From: Podarcis erhardii
Taxonomy: Eukaryota
Reading direction: 5' to 3' (one strand)
DNA length: 64,000 nt
Assembly: GCA_964252035.1 (NCBI GenBank)
Contig: CAXUOO010000144.1
Shown here: in pieces, positions 14,330-27,703 of the stretch
Position numbering within the stretch: position 1 is the stretch's first letter
Layout of the letters: each line of letters begins with the position of its first letter
Notes under the pieces: generated by a model
What the model saw: only the letters and a program-made list of their open reading frames with translations
What the model was told of the DNA's origin: nothing
Databases searched by the model: none
Program-made: the position numbers and the translations under genes

Positions 14330-15630
14330 AAAGCGAGAAAGAGAGTAATTAGATTACCAATTGTCAAATATATATATATATATATATGAATATGTTGAGA
14401 GATTGATGAAAAAACCATAAGCTTTCTAGAGACATGTATATGTAGAATGAGAGAAAGTAGAAAAGCGCTTTTACGGTATATACGAAGAATATATATGCAT
14501 AAACATGTATATATTGAAGAAGCTTCTTCAGAACATGTCTTTGTAAAGAAATTCAAGTGAAGAGCAAACTTCTTGCAAAGCACCAAAGGCAGCTAATTCA
14601 GGCCAGCCAACACATCCTCAAATTTCTCGGTACAGTCAACATTCTACATACAATGACGCAATACAAACACTTTTCAACACATACACATGTAAAAACGTAT
14701 ATACATTTATATACATATATATATATATATATAGATATAGATGTATACGGAATGTGGCTGGAAACACTGATGTGACGTAGAAAACAGTTTTGCTCGAAAC
14801 ATTGTTCTCCAGATACAGCTGCACAGTGAGCACTAGAACTGCACAAATTATCTCTGAGAACATATATGTATAAATATATATATATATAAATATATATCTA
14901 TAGTGTGTGTATGTGTCTTTATACTCATATTTTTGTGTATTCCTATACATATATGTAACGCTATCTGTATACGTATATATATGTATGTGTAGATGTGTAA
15001 ATCTACATATATACACATCTATACAAAGTATGTATATGTATGCGCCAACGCATATACAACAAATATATATACATACATATATATGTATGAATCTCTTATA
15101 TCTGTCTATGTATATGTGTATAGCCGTGAATATACGCACCTGTAATATACACGTATGTATGTGGTGGAGTTGTGAATTGTGTGGGTGCAACATGCATTTG
15201 CGAAAGTGAAGATTGAGTGGATGCGAGAAATTTGTAGACAAGTGGAGATTGTGTGAGTGAGAAGTCGAGAAAAAGAGGAACGAACGAAACAAGAGCGCAA
15301 ATTGGGTTCAAAAAAAGACGTTCTAGTGGGGTTTTTTTACGTGGAAAGATGCAGAAACATGAGCCAGAAAAGCGTATTGGGCAGTGGAATTTGTTCGACT
15401 GAAAGATGCTCTCCATTTGGATTCAAAAAAGTTATCTGGCCTTTCAATTTCAGGTTCAAACCATCGCCATTAACCAGCAGCACTGAATAGCGATCCAGCG
15501 AAGGCACGCGAATTCGCACTTTCAAATTTCGATCCACCAGTGGCAGGCGCTGCAGTGTTTTCACCCCAAAATTACACACAAGTGTATATTCAGTCTCTTC
15601 AAATTCCACATATATTTCATCTTAATCAAG

Positions 15631-15677
<47 letters not shown>

Positions 15678-15855
15678 GTTTATGTGTGAGGATACACTAC
15701 TAGTCAAAATAGACGAAAAACTGAAAAAATCCAAACGCATGCATATCAATAAATGTGTGATCTGGATTTCAACGAAGCTTCTCAGTAAAGTCAAATGTCT
15801 GCGTCGTCTCTGTATGTCAGTAAAAGCTTTCAGATAAATGCACAATCCAGCATCA

Positions 15856-15892
<37 letters not shown>

Positions 15893-16079
15893 GTGTATAA
15901 CTATGCAAATATTTAGACGTTACATCAATTCGTATTTTGGTAGCGCATACGCGATCTAGACAAACTGAAGATACATACAAGTATGCGTGCATGCGCTTCG
16001 GCGCCAGTTAAAATTTTGGCACGGGAATGTAGTTCTGGTTCAAGATATGTACATTAGACAAGTTCCTCATACTCAATAC

Positions 16080-16122
<43 letters not shown>

Positions 16123-19100
16123 AAGAGGAGTTTAGGTGGATAGGTGTTAACGATGAAAAGTAGAGCGGTTGATTGATAGATAGATTGATTGAAAGGTGTA
16201 GATAGATATATAGGTAGATGCATACAGGTATACCGAGAAATAGATAGATACAGAGATAGGTAGGTGATAGAACCCAACTAGGAACTACGTAACTAAAGAA
16301 GTAGATAAGAGTGAAAGACAAACCGACGGCGGTGTGTTAGATGGAGAATGTCAGAGAAATTGTGATTGCCTGTATTTCGACACAGATAAACAGACATATA
16401 CACATCTTCTGTCATCACATATATGTCGACGAATCGAAGAGATCAGATTCGCAGTTGTCAAAGGGGGTAAAAAAAATAGATAAAAAAATATAATATATAT
16501 GTGTAATCAGCAGTATAAGTACTTTTTTTTGTTTGTACACTTACCGCGAGAGCTGGAAGGTACGAGTTGGCCACCACTCCTTCAGCAGCAGTGAATGAAG
16601 GCAGCCATTCGTTGTTTTGTTCGTACAAAGTCTGCAGAATTTTATAGCAGAGAATCACAAGATCAGTGTCCGGCTTCAATATACAACGCAAAGCACATTA
16701 GTATATCGGTTTATGGTAGTAGTGTCTCTAAAAATTAGACTTATAAAGGAGTTGTCGCTGACTCTCAAACAATGCATGTGCACTCTCAGCTCCATCTACT
16801 TCCCCTCTACAAGCACAAACGTCTCGACCATGCATTTCCCAAACAAACATAAACATATATACATATACATATATGTATAATATGTATGAGTTTTTCTACT
16901 TTTGCTTGCGTATTGTGCATAGATTGTTCGTGAGTGTAGTGAGTTGCGAATAATCAGTGTAAAGGAAGGAGTTTGACATTTGTCACCACTGCACACACAC
17001 TTCGAGGCATCCGCATCTGTTCTCCGTATTTGGAAAAGAGGGTGAAAAGTGTGGGACTGAATTCGAAAGTACAGAAACCCTCTGTCACTGCAGTGTATGT
17101 ACACACACATACAGACTTGCAGAGTGTGTGTATGTGATCAGCGAGAAGAGAGAGAGTTGGTTCTGCAATACATTATTATTCGCCTGAAAAACAGTACAGC
17201 CAAGACATTATGGTTGGAAGGAGCTGGAAAAAGGGCGTACTTACGTATTGAAAGTGATCCATGATGAGTATATACGTGTTGTTGACAGCGTAAATGAGAG
17301 GATCGAGAGCTGCATCGTCAGCGTAAAGACGAGACGAAAGCGCTGCAATTGTGGGCGTGTTTTCAACTTGACTTAGTCTTCTCTGCGAGTAGTGGCGGCG
17401 ACTTGCAAGTGTGGAGTTTGATTTTGAGCCTGTTCTTTTACTGCACGGATGTGTGCGTGCCCGGACTCTTCTTGAGTGTAGTAGTGCTGCTCACCAGCAG
17501 AATCGGTGAAGAACTGGCTCTGTTTGGGTGGGAACTTTGTCGTCTGCCGCTGAAGCTCTGGTAGTCTCTTTCGAAGCAGCTGCTGCTTTTTTTTTCTGCT
17601 TTCGGGTTCTCGCTTTCTCCGTGAAAATCCCCTGCTGTGGCTGGTTGAAGATTCGCCTTCTTTTTGATCTCTGCTTTCAGATCCTCAGGAAAAAAAGAAG
17701 CGTCGAGTTCGTCGAGTGAAGCAACTTGTTCAGAAAGAGGCGAGACGGGCTTCAATACGAAAACATCTGCGGCTTCTTGTGCTTCTTCAGTTCTGCGCTC
17801 GCCTGTTTTGAAGTCTTTCGCATCTTGCTTTGCTGCATCTCCTTCACCGCCATCACCATCATCGCAACATTTCCTTCCTTCTACTACTACTGGTGCTCTT
17901 CTCTGCGCCCTCTCTTCCTCTTCTTCTTCTTCCTCTTCGTCCGTTCTTTTACCACCACTTTCTACTGCTGCTTCTGCTTCTTGTTTTGAGGGGCTCAATG
18001 CTGCAAATGAGGCGACTTCTGCTGGTGTTGCTGGCAGTGCTACTGGTGTTAATGGTGGTGTTAATGGTGGTGTTAATGGTGGTGCTAATGGTGGTGTTAA
18101 TGGTGGTGCTATGGTGGTGTTAATGGTGGTGGTAATGGTGGTGTTAATGGTGGTGTTGATGGTGGTGTTAATGATGGTGCTAATGGTGGTGTTAATGGTG
18201 GTGTTAAAAGGGGGGGGGCTTGGGGAGGAAGTGGTGGTGATGGTGGGGTTGTTGTTGTTTCTTCGAAAGGTGGTGATTCTGAGGGGTGGGAAAGTGGTGG
18301 GGTTGTTGTTTCTTCGAAAGGTGGTGATGGTGGGGTTGTTGTTTCTTCAAAAGGTGGTGATTCTGAGGGGAGGGAAAGTGGTGGGGTTGTTGTTTCTTTT
18401 TGGGGTGGTGATTTAGGTGTTAAAGAGGAGGTGGAAGAAGAGGAAGAAGAAGGAAGAGTTGGTGGTTGGGGTGTTGGTGCTGGTGAAGTAGTGGTGAAGT
18501 TTTTGAGGGCGCTTTGTTGAAATTGGGGAAAGATTTGGAGGAGGCGTTGAAAAGAAAGCGAGTGGAGAAAGGAGTGAGAAGCTGTCGAAGCAGGACTGAC
18601 TTTGTTTGAGAAACCACCAAGTGCTGAAAAAAGTGTAGTCGTCGAAAAAGGTGGAGAAGAAAAGGAGCCCCAAAACTGCTGCTGTTGCTTCTGTTGAGAA
18701 AGAAGTGAAGAAGAAACTGAAAAAAGAGCTTCTTTGGGGTCCGAAGAAAGCCACCACGCAGAAGAAGAAGAAGAAGAAGAAGAAGAAGAGGTGGAGTTGG
18801 AGTTGAGGAGTTGAGAAGCAGGGTTTGTGTTCGAGGCAGAAAGAGGGGAGAAGTAAGAGGGGGCAGAAAGGGGTGTGACTGATGTGGTTGGTGGCGCCCG
18901 TTTTTTTTGTGGGAGAGAAAGAAGGAGAGGTGGTCGGGCTGAAAGCCAGTGAAGGAAAAAGAGGACGAGTTTCCTTCTTCTTCCTCTTCCTCTCCGAGAG
19001 GAAAGAAGACAGAGTGTGGGGAAGAGTGCGCGGAGAAAGGGCGCTGGCTGTGTTGGTTCCCCCGCGAGTTCTTGGGGTGGTGTACGTACACCGCTTCTCC

Positions 19101-22066
19101 GCGCGGTCGAAGAGGAAGATGCAGAAAGTGGTGCAGACCCAGCGCCGATCGACTGCAGCAGCCAACACACTGGCGACTTTGCCTGGAAAATTTGCTTTCA
19201 ACAGCGCTTTCCAGTAGGCGGCTGCAACGGCTCGGGCGTAAGAAGCAAGCTCTGCGTGGCTTTTCTGCGCTGGCTCCAACGGAATATCTTTGAGAGTAGT
19301 TTGCAAAACGAGCGGCACTGTGAAAGCGTCGTCCTCAGTCTCCTCTTCTCTCTCAGCAGCAGCCACAACCCCGCCCTTCGCTGCCAGTTCTCCTCTTTCC
19401 TCCTTCTCTGTTCGACGACTTTCTTCCACTGAAGAAGCAGCAGCAGTAAAAGTAGGAGCAGTAGTGACAGTAGTAGTGTTGGTTTGCTTTGCACGAGTGT
19501 TTGGGTGCTGGTTGCAGTCAACCACTCCTGCAGCCGACTGCCCCCCCCCACCAGACAAAACAGCGCTTTCTTTGGAGTCGTCGTCGCTCTCTTCGAGCGT
19601 GCCCCCACTACTGCCCCTCCTACTGTGATTTTTAGTGCTGCTTTTCGCACTAATAATACTACTGCTGCTGTTGCTATTGCTCAGCAACTGCCACCAACTC
19701 CACTGTGGTGGGTTTTTAACGTCGCCGCTGGGAGTGCGCAGAAAGCGCGAAAAAAACAAGTCACTTAGCGTCCACGCGTTTTCAGGCTCAAGGGCGCGAG
19801 TTTCAGCTTGTTTTTTCGCAGCTTCTTCACTTCTTCGACTCGAGTTTGTGGTCAGTGGTAGACCAGAGAAAGCAGCAGTAGGCGCACCAGCCTTTTCAGA
19901 CTGTGAAGGAAGAGCACTTTCCAACGACCCCTTTTCCAGTCTCCTCTCCACCACCACCACTGAAGGAGCTGCTGTTTCAGAGACGTTGGTGGACGTGGTT
20001 TTCTTCGCGGTTTCTGGAGAAGCAGACACCGAAGAAGAAAAAGAAGAACCCAAATTATTCTCTGCTTCTTTTTCTACTGGAGAGAAGTTGCGTTGTGGAG
20101 AAGAGCGTCGACGCTTGCTTTTCTCTGCGCGGACTCTTCGAAGCCCTGCTCCTTCTGTTGCTGCTGTTGAAACAGAAGAAGAAGAAGAAAGAAAAGGATG
20201 CGCAACTTTTTTTTTTTCTTCTTTTTCTGTGGCTTCAGTTGGAAGCGTCTGAGTCAGTAGGTGGAGTCTGCGCGGGTGCATTTCGAGTTCGCTCGAAACA
20301 GCAGCGAGTTCTCGACGATAACGGCGAGGCGAAGTGGGGGTGGTGGTGTGGCCCTTTGTGGGTGGTTTGGTTGTTGTGGTGGCTGTTGGAGAAGAGACTC
20401 CAGAAAAAAGAGAGGCCTTTGTTTCCGCGGATTTCTGTCTGGGCAGCTCTGCGTCTTGAGAGGGCCTTTTCTTCTCTCCCTGTAGCAGTCTTGGAAAAAA
20501 AAAACACAGGGTTTCTTGCGTACTGGTCGCCAACAACTACTCCTGCTGTGGTTGCTGGGGGTGTTGGTGTTGCTGGCTCATGTTGGTTTTCTTCTTCTTT
20601 TGCTTCTGCTTTTGCTTCTGCTTTTGCTTCTGCTTGTGCAGCCCACGCTCTTTCTTGCGTCGCTTCTTCTCTCGGAAAAGTGGATTTCTCTGGACGGGGA
20701 AGTTCGCGCGCGAATCGCGGCTCCGCCAGCGGCAAGTTGTTCACGTAGCTCGACGAAGGCAGCAGTTCCAAGTCAATTTCAATCACTCCTGCTCAGAAAA
20801 AAAACGCAAGTCGAAACCCATTACCACCACTACCATTACTCATGCGCGGCACTCAACAACAAACTGCTGCAAGTAGTTGAGAAGAAAACGCCCTTTTCTT
20901 CTTCTTCTTTTTGAACGGAGAAAGTCTCTGTGTGTGTGTGTTTGTGTGTGTTTGTGTGATTGAGACGTGCGATTCACACAGACGAAAGACGCACTATTAC
21001 ACACAGCCAGTGTATGTGTGTGGACAATGAAAAATATACACACACACATACATGTGTATATTGAGGGGTGTTTGCAAGTTGAGAACTGCCTCAACTGCAG
21101 CAGCAGATCGACCTTTTCACGCTCACACTCACGATATCCGCTGCTTTGTCCCTTTTACGTGGAAAAAGTGCTGCGTGTTGAATTGTGTGGATATCCACAC
21201 TATAGTTTAGAGAGCCACTCCTCTTACATTCGCGTTTTGGGATCAAACACGAAAAAAGGATGTGTGTGCACATACTCTCACTAAAAAGAAAGATTACAAA
21301 GAATCACAATTCAGAAGCTTGTGGTGGATGTGCCAGTAGAGAAACTCGTAGTAGGCGAAGAAGTGGGAGCGAAACGACAGCAGCAACTTGGCAACGAAGT
21401 TCGCGAACTTTCCAAAAACAGCCGGCACATAGTCTACAACAACATACGAGGTGTCAAGACACTGCTTTTTGAGAGAGACAGCTGGTGGCGCCGCATGCAG
21501 GAAAAGAGGGACTAGTGATCGAGCAAAAGAAGGCGCTAAAGTGCGCACAACAACAACACAGCACTTCCCTCAAGTGCACACAAGGGAGAGGAAACAGCAC
21601 ACTTCAAACCAAACACCACACACACATAAAAAAACACAAGTAACACACAACACACATACATACACATAACACACACACATACATACACATGATGAATTGC
21701 ATGTTTTCATGATGATTATGGTAGAGGAAATTGGCTACCTCCAGCGTAGAGTCCAATGTGAGGCGAGTCTCTGGCTGAAATTACTGAGTTCACCAAGTAG
21801 GGCAGTCTGCATAAAGTGAGAGTGGAAATCGCTTCAGTAGAGGCGGCGCAAGCACTGCCTGCGGCTGCTGCAGCTGCGGCTATCAAGCCATCAGAGGCAT
21901 CGACTCGACAAATCAGAGCTTCGGAAACAGGAAAAAGCAGCGAAAAAGCAGCCAAAAAAGGCATGCAGCCGAGAAAAAGAGCACAACGGCGTTTTTTGGA
22001 AGAAAGCCACTGCAGCGAGCTCGAGAGCGAGGATGCAGAAACTGCAGAAACTGCGAAAATTCCCAT
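6755..22066 (-). CDS. GOST-family (lung seven-transmembrane / GPR107-108-TMEM87-like) serpentine receptor with a large low-complexity luminal insertion
   Basis: Exons read on the minus strand: 22066 (or 21964)-21739; 20788-17495 (with frame breaks); 17382-17245; 16631-16545; 15549-15341; 13990-13823; 12305-12235; 11349-11237; 10685-10608; 9734-9667; 8383-8233; 7683-7639; 6823-6755. Splice phases at these junctions match. There is a signal-like N-terminus ([16 protein letters not shown]) and the luminal motif [38 protein letters not shown]. About seven hydrophobic helices follow ([20 protein letters not shown]; [18 protein letters not shown]; [14 protein letters not shown]; [18 protein letters not shown]; [19 protein letters not shown]; [16 protein letters not shown]; [24 protein letters not shown]). 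Family assignment is from remembered motifs, not a search. Confidence 0.85.
9491..9530. repeat. (GA)n microsatellite
   Basis: Pure gagaga run in an intron of the 7TM gene. Confidence 0.95.
12688..12832. other. Assembly gap (N run)
   Basis: Run of n. Confidence 1.
13200..13781. repeat. Five-copy minisatellite, 110-135-bp unit with an internal variable (TA)n
   Basis: The core gggaagaatgccagt(a/g)aagaag(t/c)tgagag(t/c)tctaatttctcataactacgtat recurs at about 13248, 13383, 13513, 13623 and 13753 (the last copy truncated after the core). It lies in 7TM intron 13822-12306. Confidence 0.95.
18045..18415 (-). repeat. Coding tandem repeats: 12-bp TPPL units and PPFEETTT units
   Basis: The plus-strand unit taatggtggtg(t/c) repeats over about 18048-18206. 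[21 protein letters not shown]-type units repeat over about 18230-18410. Confidence 0.9.
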
Positions 22067-25000
22067 TTTTGAGGCCACTCGCCGCAGTTTTTCGTCGCAC
22101 CAGAAAAAGAGGTCGAAGACACAAGGCCGCCAAAAAGGACGTCAGAGTCGCACTTAGTCGGAGCAATCCAACTAGACAAAGTCTGTTTGAGGCTGGAAAT
22201 TCGCTTTTTTTTGCCGACACCCCACCAGGAAAAGTCGCAGCAGAAGAAGGAAGCGCCTGGCGGGGACTGCGAGTGGCTGCTTTTCTCCTCTTTTTTCTCA
22301 ACGAAAACGCCAACACGTGACGACTGTCTCTCACCCATTTTCGCAAAAATCCACACACACCGACAACACACGTGCCTCTCAAAGAACTGCCGTCACTCGC
22401 TCCTCTCTGCGAAACAACTACTACTACTGCTGCTGTTTCTGTTGTTGGGGTGAAAAGCTCTTTTTTCTCCACTGATTTGGTGAGTGGATTTAGTGGTTTC
22501 ACACACCCCCACTGAAGGAGTGTTCAAAAGCCAAGAGAAGAGAAAAAGTGGCCGCCTCAAAAGCGCGACTTTGCTTTTTCTGCTTTGCAGCTGCTCACAC
22601 TTTCTCTCCCTTTCTTTGACACACTCTCACCACGCTGTCTGTTGCTGTGGTGGATACTCAAGAGTTTTCGATTCAAAACTTGCTTTTTTCTTTGAGTTGA
22701 TTAGTCTAAATTTGCCCTTCTTCATTCGCAGCAAAAGCAGCAGAGTCGCTTCTTTGAGCTGCTCAGCCAGTCTCGTCGACGCGAAGAAACTTGCTTGAAT
22801 TCGCGCAGTGACTTCAACTGCAAAGTTGAAATTCACCACCACTTTGAAAATTTGCGTGGACGCGCTTTTTCTGCTTTGAGTCGGAGAAAAAGGAGCGGCG
22901 ACTGACTACTGGGAGCTTTTTCGCGCAAAAAGCCATTCTTCTTCAGCTATAAATGCAGCAGCGACAAAAAAAGGATTCTTCTTCTTCAAAACGAATGTGT
23001 CGCAAATGTGGAGTCCCTTCTTCTTCTTTGAGATTAAAAAATCGCGGTTAAATCATCAGGCCTCCTCCAGTGTAGGCTGCTTTTGACTCACATTTGCAAT
23101 GTTTGTGAGTGGACTTTTTTAAGCTGTGAATGACACCACTGATAAGTGTGCGAAAGTGGTCGAGTTTCCACCACACACAAATCGAGACAGTCAACACACA
23201 AACCACTGCTTGCAGTTCAACTGCTGCGTCTTTTTTTCCCTCCATCACTTCAACTCGTCGACACTGCTCGTTCAGCTCCTTTTCGTGCAATAGTTGAGTG
23301 GCAAAAATCGCTACTTTCACCACCTCTAACTCTGGAACTGCTCAAATTTGCTCTAGCAAACTTCTTCTCCAACGTCTCCACCACAAAAAGTCTCAAACAC
23401 CCTCATTTTCTATACACGCCAAAGAAAAAACATTCGTCGTTGTTGGGAACGCCTATAATGTAAAACTTTATGGAATTCGTCTCCAGATTTCATCCCTGTA
23501 CACACATGTACTTATAGATCTAGCATATTCAAGGATACGTATTCTTGATTTAGCCGAATGCATGCAAAGTATACATATATACATGTGTTTATAGATTATT
23601 TAGTTATTTGGAAGTTTATATTCACGTATTATTGATTAGTCATTTATTAGTTATATGGATGACACACACTGGTGATGAAGCGAAATTGAGACGCCGCAAA
23701 AAAGCGTCGTGAAAAGAAAGTGAAATGCTTGAATTGATGAAAAAGAAAAAGAAGAAACCTTGATATTTTAGAGCAAAAATAGAGCAAACTAACAACACGT
23801 GAGAACACCAGCAGCGCAAGCACGCTTGCCAAATCCAGAGCACTACAACTCAGAAAAAGAAATGCTGCAGGCTGCTATCTATATACAATTATATGTATAT
23901 AATCAATATGCAGGAAGCGGTTCTAGCTGGATACGTAGCAGTCGCACATGTGTATGTGTAATAACGCATGTAATTCCTTGAGAACGTACATATATATAAG
24001 TATAATTTTTTATTCTGCAAACGTATCTAGTGTTTATCCCTATACAAACAGAGGTATATATATATCTACAATAGATACTATTTGAGTGTTTTGGACACCA
24101 ACGCCGGACGGAGGGGAGAGAGTTGATAGTATTCTGATTGGAGAAGCACATATACGAAAAACAAATTATGTATAGAGAAGGAGAGAAATTCAGAGACGAA
24201 TTTTCTGAGAATGTGTCGAAAAGCACGCAGACAAAACTTTGCTCCAAAAGCTTTGCCTGGACTGTACTTCTCTTCAGAAAGCTTGCGGAAAAACTGGAAC
24301 TTTGATTGTGAGCCAAAAATTTAAAAATCCGTACTTAGGTCTTGTGTCCGGTATAGTCACCCAAGTCATCAGCACACAAGGAGCACGTCGAAGAAACGAG
24401 ATTGCAGAGGGCAATAAGTACCACATATAATATATATATAGGTACAGTTGCATTACTATAAGCATACATATGTGTATACGAAAATGTAAGAGTGGGAATT
24501 CAGAAGATTTAGGTGCACTAATTGAAAAAAGTGAGCATACACACCAGGAGTCACTTCAGAAAACGACTGGGTGAAAGAGACGGAAGAGTACCGAGAGCAT
24601 CTTGACGGACCGGATGGAGAAAATCGTGTACATCCATATGGTTGATTGAGTCGGTGAATTTGAAAAAAACAGGGAAGCTGAGACAGTAGAGATAGCTTGC
24701 GAAAATTGAGCAAATTTTTGCTAGTCGAGGCTCCTCAAAATAGAAGACATGGCGCTGCGGCTCCTCTCATTCATCAACTTGCGTCAGTAAATTCACTATT
24801 TAAAGGAGCTGACGGAGAATACGGAAGTGAAGCAAGGGCGAGAAGTCACTGTTATGCATTTAAGCTTTGAAAGGGAAAAAATGTGCACGATACGTGAGAG
24901 TAAAGTTTCGCTAAAAAGAGAATCATGATGAGACGTATGAGAGAAAATCCGAAAAACTATGCGACAAAGATACAATATATGGATCGAACCAAATAAAGAA

Positions 25001-25790
25001 CTAGATTTTGAGTTGTCCAATTTACCTCAAAGTCCGGAAATGACACAATCACACATCACAAGCCATGTCGTCTTGCCACCGCTGTACGCACATGCATAAA
25101 CAATCTATTCTATATACCACAGCATCTGTTTGCGTTGCCAAAATCGCTATAGACTTGAACCTTACTTTTTGATAACGACTCTTTGATTCAAAAGTTATAG
25201 CGAATTTACTGCTGGAACAATCATCTTATGCTTCCTTGTAGACATTGAGTTCCTCTGAGCGCTTGTCCGCTCTTTCCTCTGCAGCACGTCGATGTTCACT
25301 AGGAAGTACTCGGCTATAGTGATTCTCGTCCGTTAAAATATCACATCACTTTTCTTCAAAGTGCGGCTATATTTTTTGTATTACTTTTCCAGAATAGTCA
25401 CCAGCAGTGTTCTGCTTTCGATAATTTTTCAATCAGGTCTGCACGACTGCGAGTGATTTCTGTATGTTGTCGATATCATCGCTCCGCTATTCCTATCCGC
25501 GCTTGCCCCCACTGATTTTTCAGAGCTGGAGGGAGCTTCTTGCATTTCTTTGTCTCATCTTTGTTCCGTTGTACAGAGCAATTCTTCTGAAGCCTCTTAT
25601 TTTGGGATATCTAATAGCATTGCCAGTTCGTATTCTCATTCCCTTGCATATATTGTAGGAAGACTATTCAACCGCCGTCGTTTTTCTCTCAATCGCTACC
25701 AGTCTGCGCCATTTAGGAGGGCTGCTTATTAGCTGCGTGTATCTCCTTACTTCAAACGTTTCCAATTGATGTTTTCTGGTATATTCTAAG

Positions 25791-26205
25791 ATGAATGCTC
25801 CAACTGCACCTGCAGTAGTTGCCGCCACTGCGACTACTGCAGCAACACCTGCAGCTACTGTACCTAAGTTAAATGCTGCTGATGCGGCCGTATGTTTGGT
25901 GGTGAGAAGCAGCGTAATAGCTGAAGAAGAGGAAAAAATAATTTCTTGTTTGCGTAAAGCAGAGAATTCTTCACTTCGTTTTGACGTGCGAGAAGTAGAG
26001 GACTTTCTTGCAGCGACAGAGCACGCTGAAAAACTATCTGGCTTTTACAAATATATCCTAATTTGCAGTATTCCTTCATCAGTTGACTACCAAAAATTAG
26101 CGAGTTTTCTCTTTCAAGTCGCCGCTCCTGCAGCAGCGGTCGTTCTTCTTCACCCACGGAGTCAAATAAATACGTCTTCTGCAGAAACTGTACGATTCAT
26201 TCCAC

Positions 26206-26238
<33 letters not shown>

Positions 26239-26790
26239 CGTATATGTGCTTTTGATGTTCCTCGTTACTTTTTGTGTATAATGCACGATGTCNNNNNNNN
26301 NNNNNNNNNNNNNNNNNNNNNNNNNNNNNNNNNNNNNNNNNNNNNNNNNNNNNNNNNNNNNNNNNNNNNNNNNNNNNNNNNNNNNNNNNNNNNNNNNNNN
26401 NNNNNNNNNNNNNNNNNNNNAAATGTGGACATTTCCTTTACGCTTATGTGTGATGATCTAGATTCATAAAAATACCTTTTGGACAGCTAATTGAGTCTCG
26501 AAGACGTTCTCAGCTTTTGCTGTTCATCTTCTCCTTCCTCTTTCTAAATATTTCTATAGATCGAGTATTTATAATCACGCCGATTCTAGATATATATATA
26601 TATATATATACGTATTCATAATAAGTAGAGAATTGTGAAAAACAATCAGACAAATGCGTATTCACATATGAACACGCTAGGTATGCATGTATCTATGTGG
26701 AGTTTCTACTTTGTCTTAAAACATATATATATATATATATATACACTGTATTTATTGAAAACATATTCAGGAGCGTCTTTCCCCGTTTGT

Positions 26791-26821
<31 letters not shown>

Positions 26822-27007
26822 TTCAGTTTTTTATTATATTTGCTGCGTTTTAGACTTCGCTGCAGAAAGCGTCGCGAAAACTTCATTTACAGCGGATTCA
26901 TTGCTGCGCCATCTCTCGCTTTACCAGAAGCCCTTGATACTTCAGGCTTAAGCAACCTTGTTCAAGTCAGCGGAGTCCTTATATTCACTCTCATTTCTCG
27001 CGCTTTC

Positions 27008-27057
<50 letters not shown>

Positions 27058-27180
27058 TTTATATACATAATTATATTATCTGTCTATGCGTTAGATGCTT
27101 TACTTATACAAATTTATGACTCTGTATTCAAAGTGGTGATTCTGCTTTCGCATTTTCAGCAATGTATGAAGTGTTCGCAA

Positions 27181-27261
<81 letters not shown>

Positions 27262-27325
27262 GAAGTTTTTCGCAGTTTCACTCGGGCCAATCTAGTCTTC
27301 CTCACTTGTTGGTCCACAAACGGAC

Positions 27326-27359
<34 letters not shown>

Positions 27360-27444
27360 ATTTTCATATGTAGATTTCTGTGATTTACTACAGACCCAAG
27401 CAGCTTTCTCTATACTGTGTACTCTAATGTAATTCGAATATGTT

Positions 27445-27480
<36 letters not shown>

Positions 27481-27662
27481 GATCTGTGTAATTCACTATA
27501 GACTCAAGCAGCTTTCTCTATACGGTGTACTCTAATGTGATTCGAATATGTTTATGTATATATATATATATATATATGTAGATCTTTTTAGTTTACTATA
27601 GACTCAAGCAGCTTTCTCTATACTGTGTACTCTAATGTAATTCGGATATTTTTATGTATATG

Positions 27663-27703
<41 letters not shown>

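Noticed and set aside
4489-16321. Dozens of ORFs containing YIYIYI, RERERE or VCMYVC runs (also elsewhere in the window)
   Set aside because: They are artefacts of (TA)n, (GA)n and (TACA)n repeats in introns.
17491-17493. Single TGA between two open stretches in one frame (possible selenocysteine or readthrough)
   Set aside because: The protein-like upstream frame is a different one, and a 112-nt GT-AG intron (17494-17383) removes the site in phase; no SECIS was recognised.
17664-20748. Long plus-strand ORFs (250, 205 and 281 aa)
   Set aside because: They are antisense shadows of the low-complexity minus-strand exon.
21294-21548. Signal-peptide-like ORF as the first exon of the 7TM gene
   Set aside because: Exon 22066-21739 joins 20788 in phase to give YAGG|VIEIDL, which places this ORF in an intron.
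23850-25020. Possible plus-strand hypothetical gene between the 7TM and anamorsin starts
   Set aside because: Protein-like fragments exist in several frames, but no phase-consistent exon chain or motif could be built; left unresolved.
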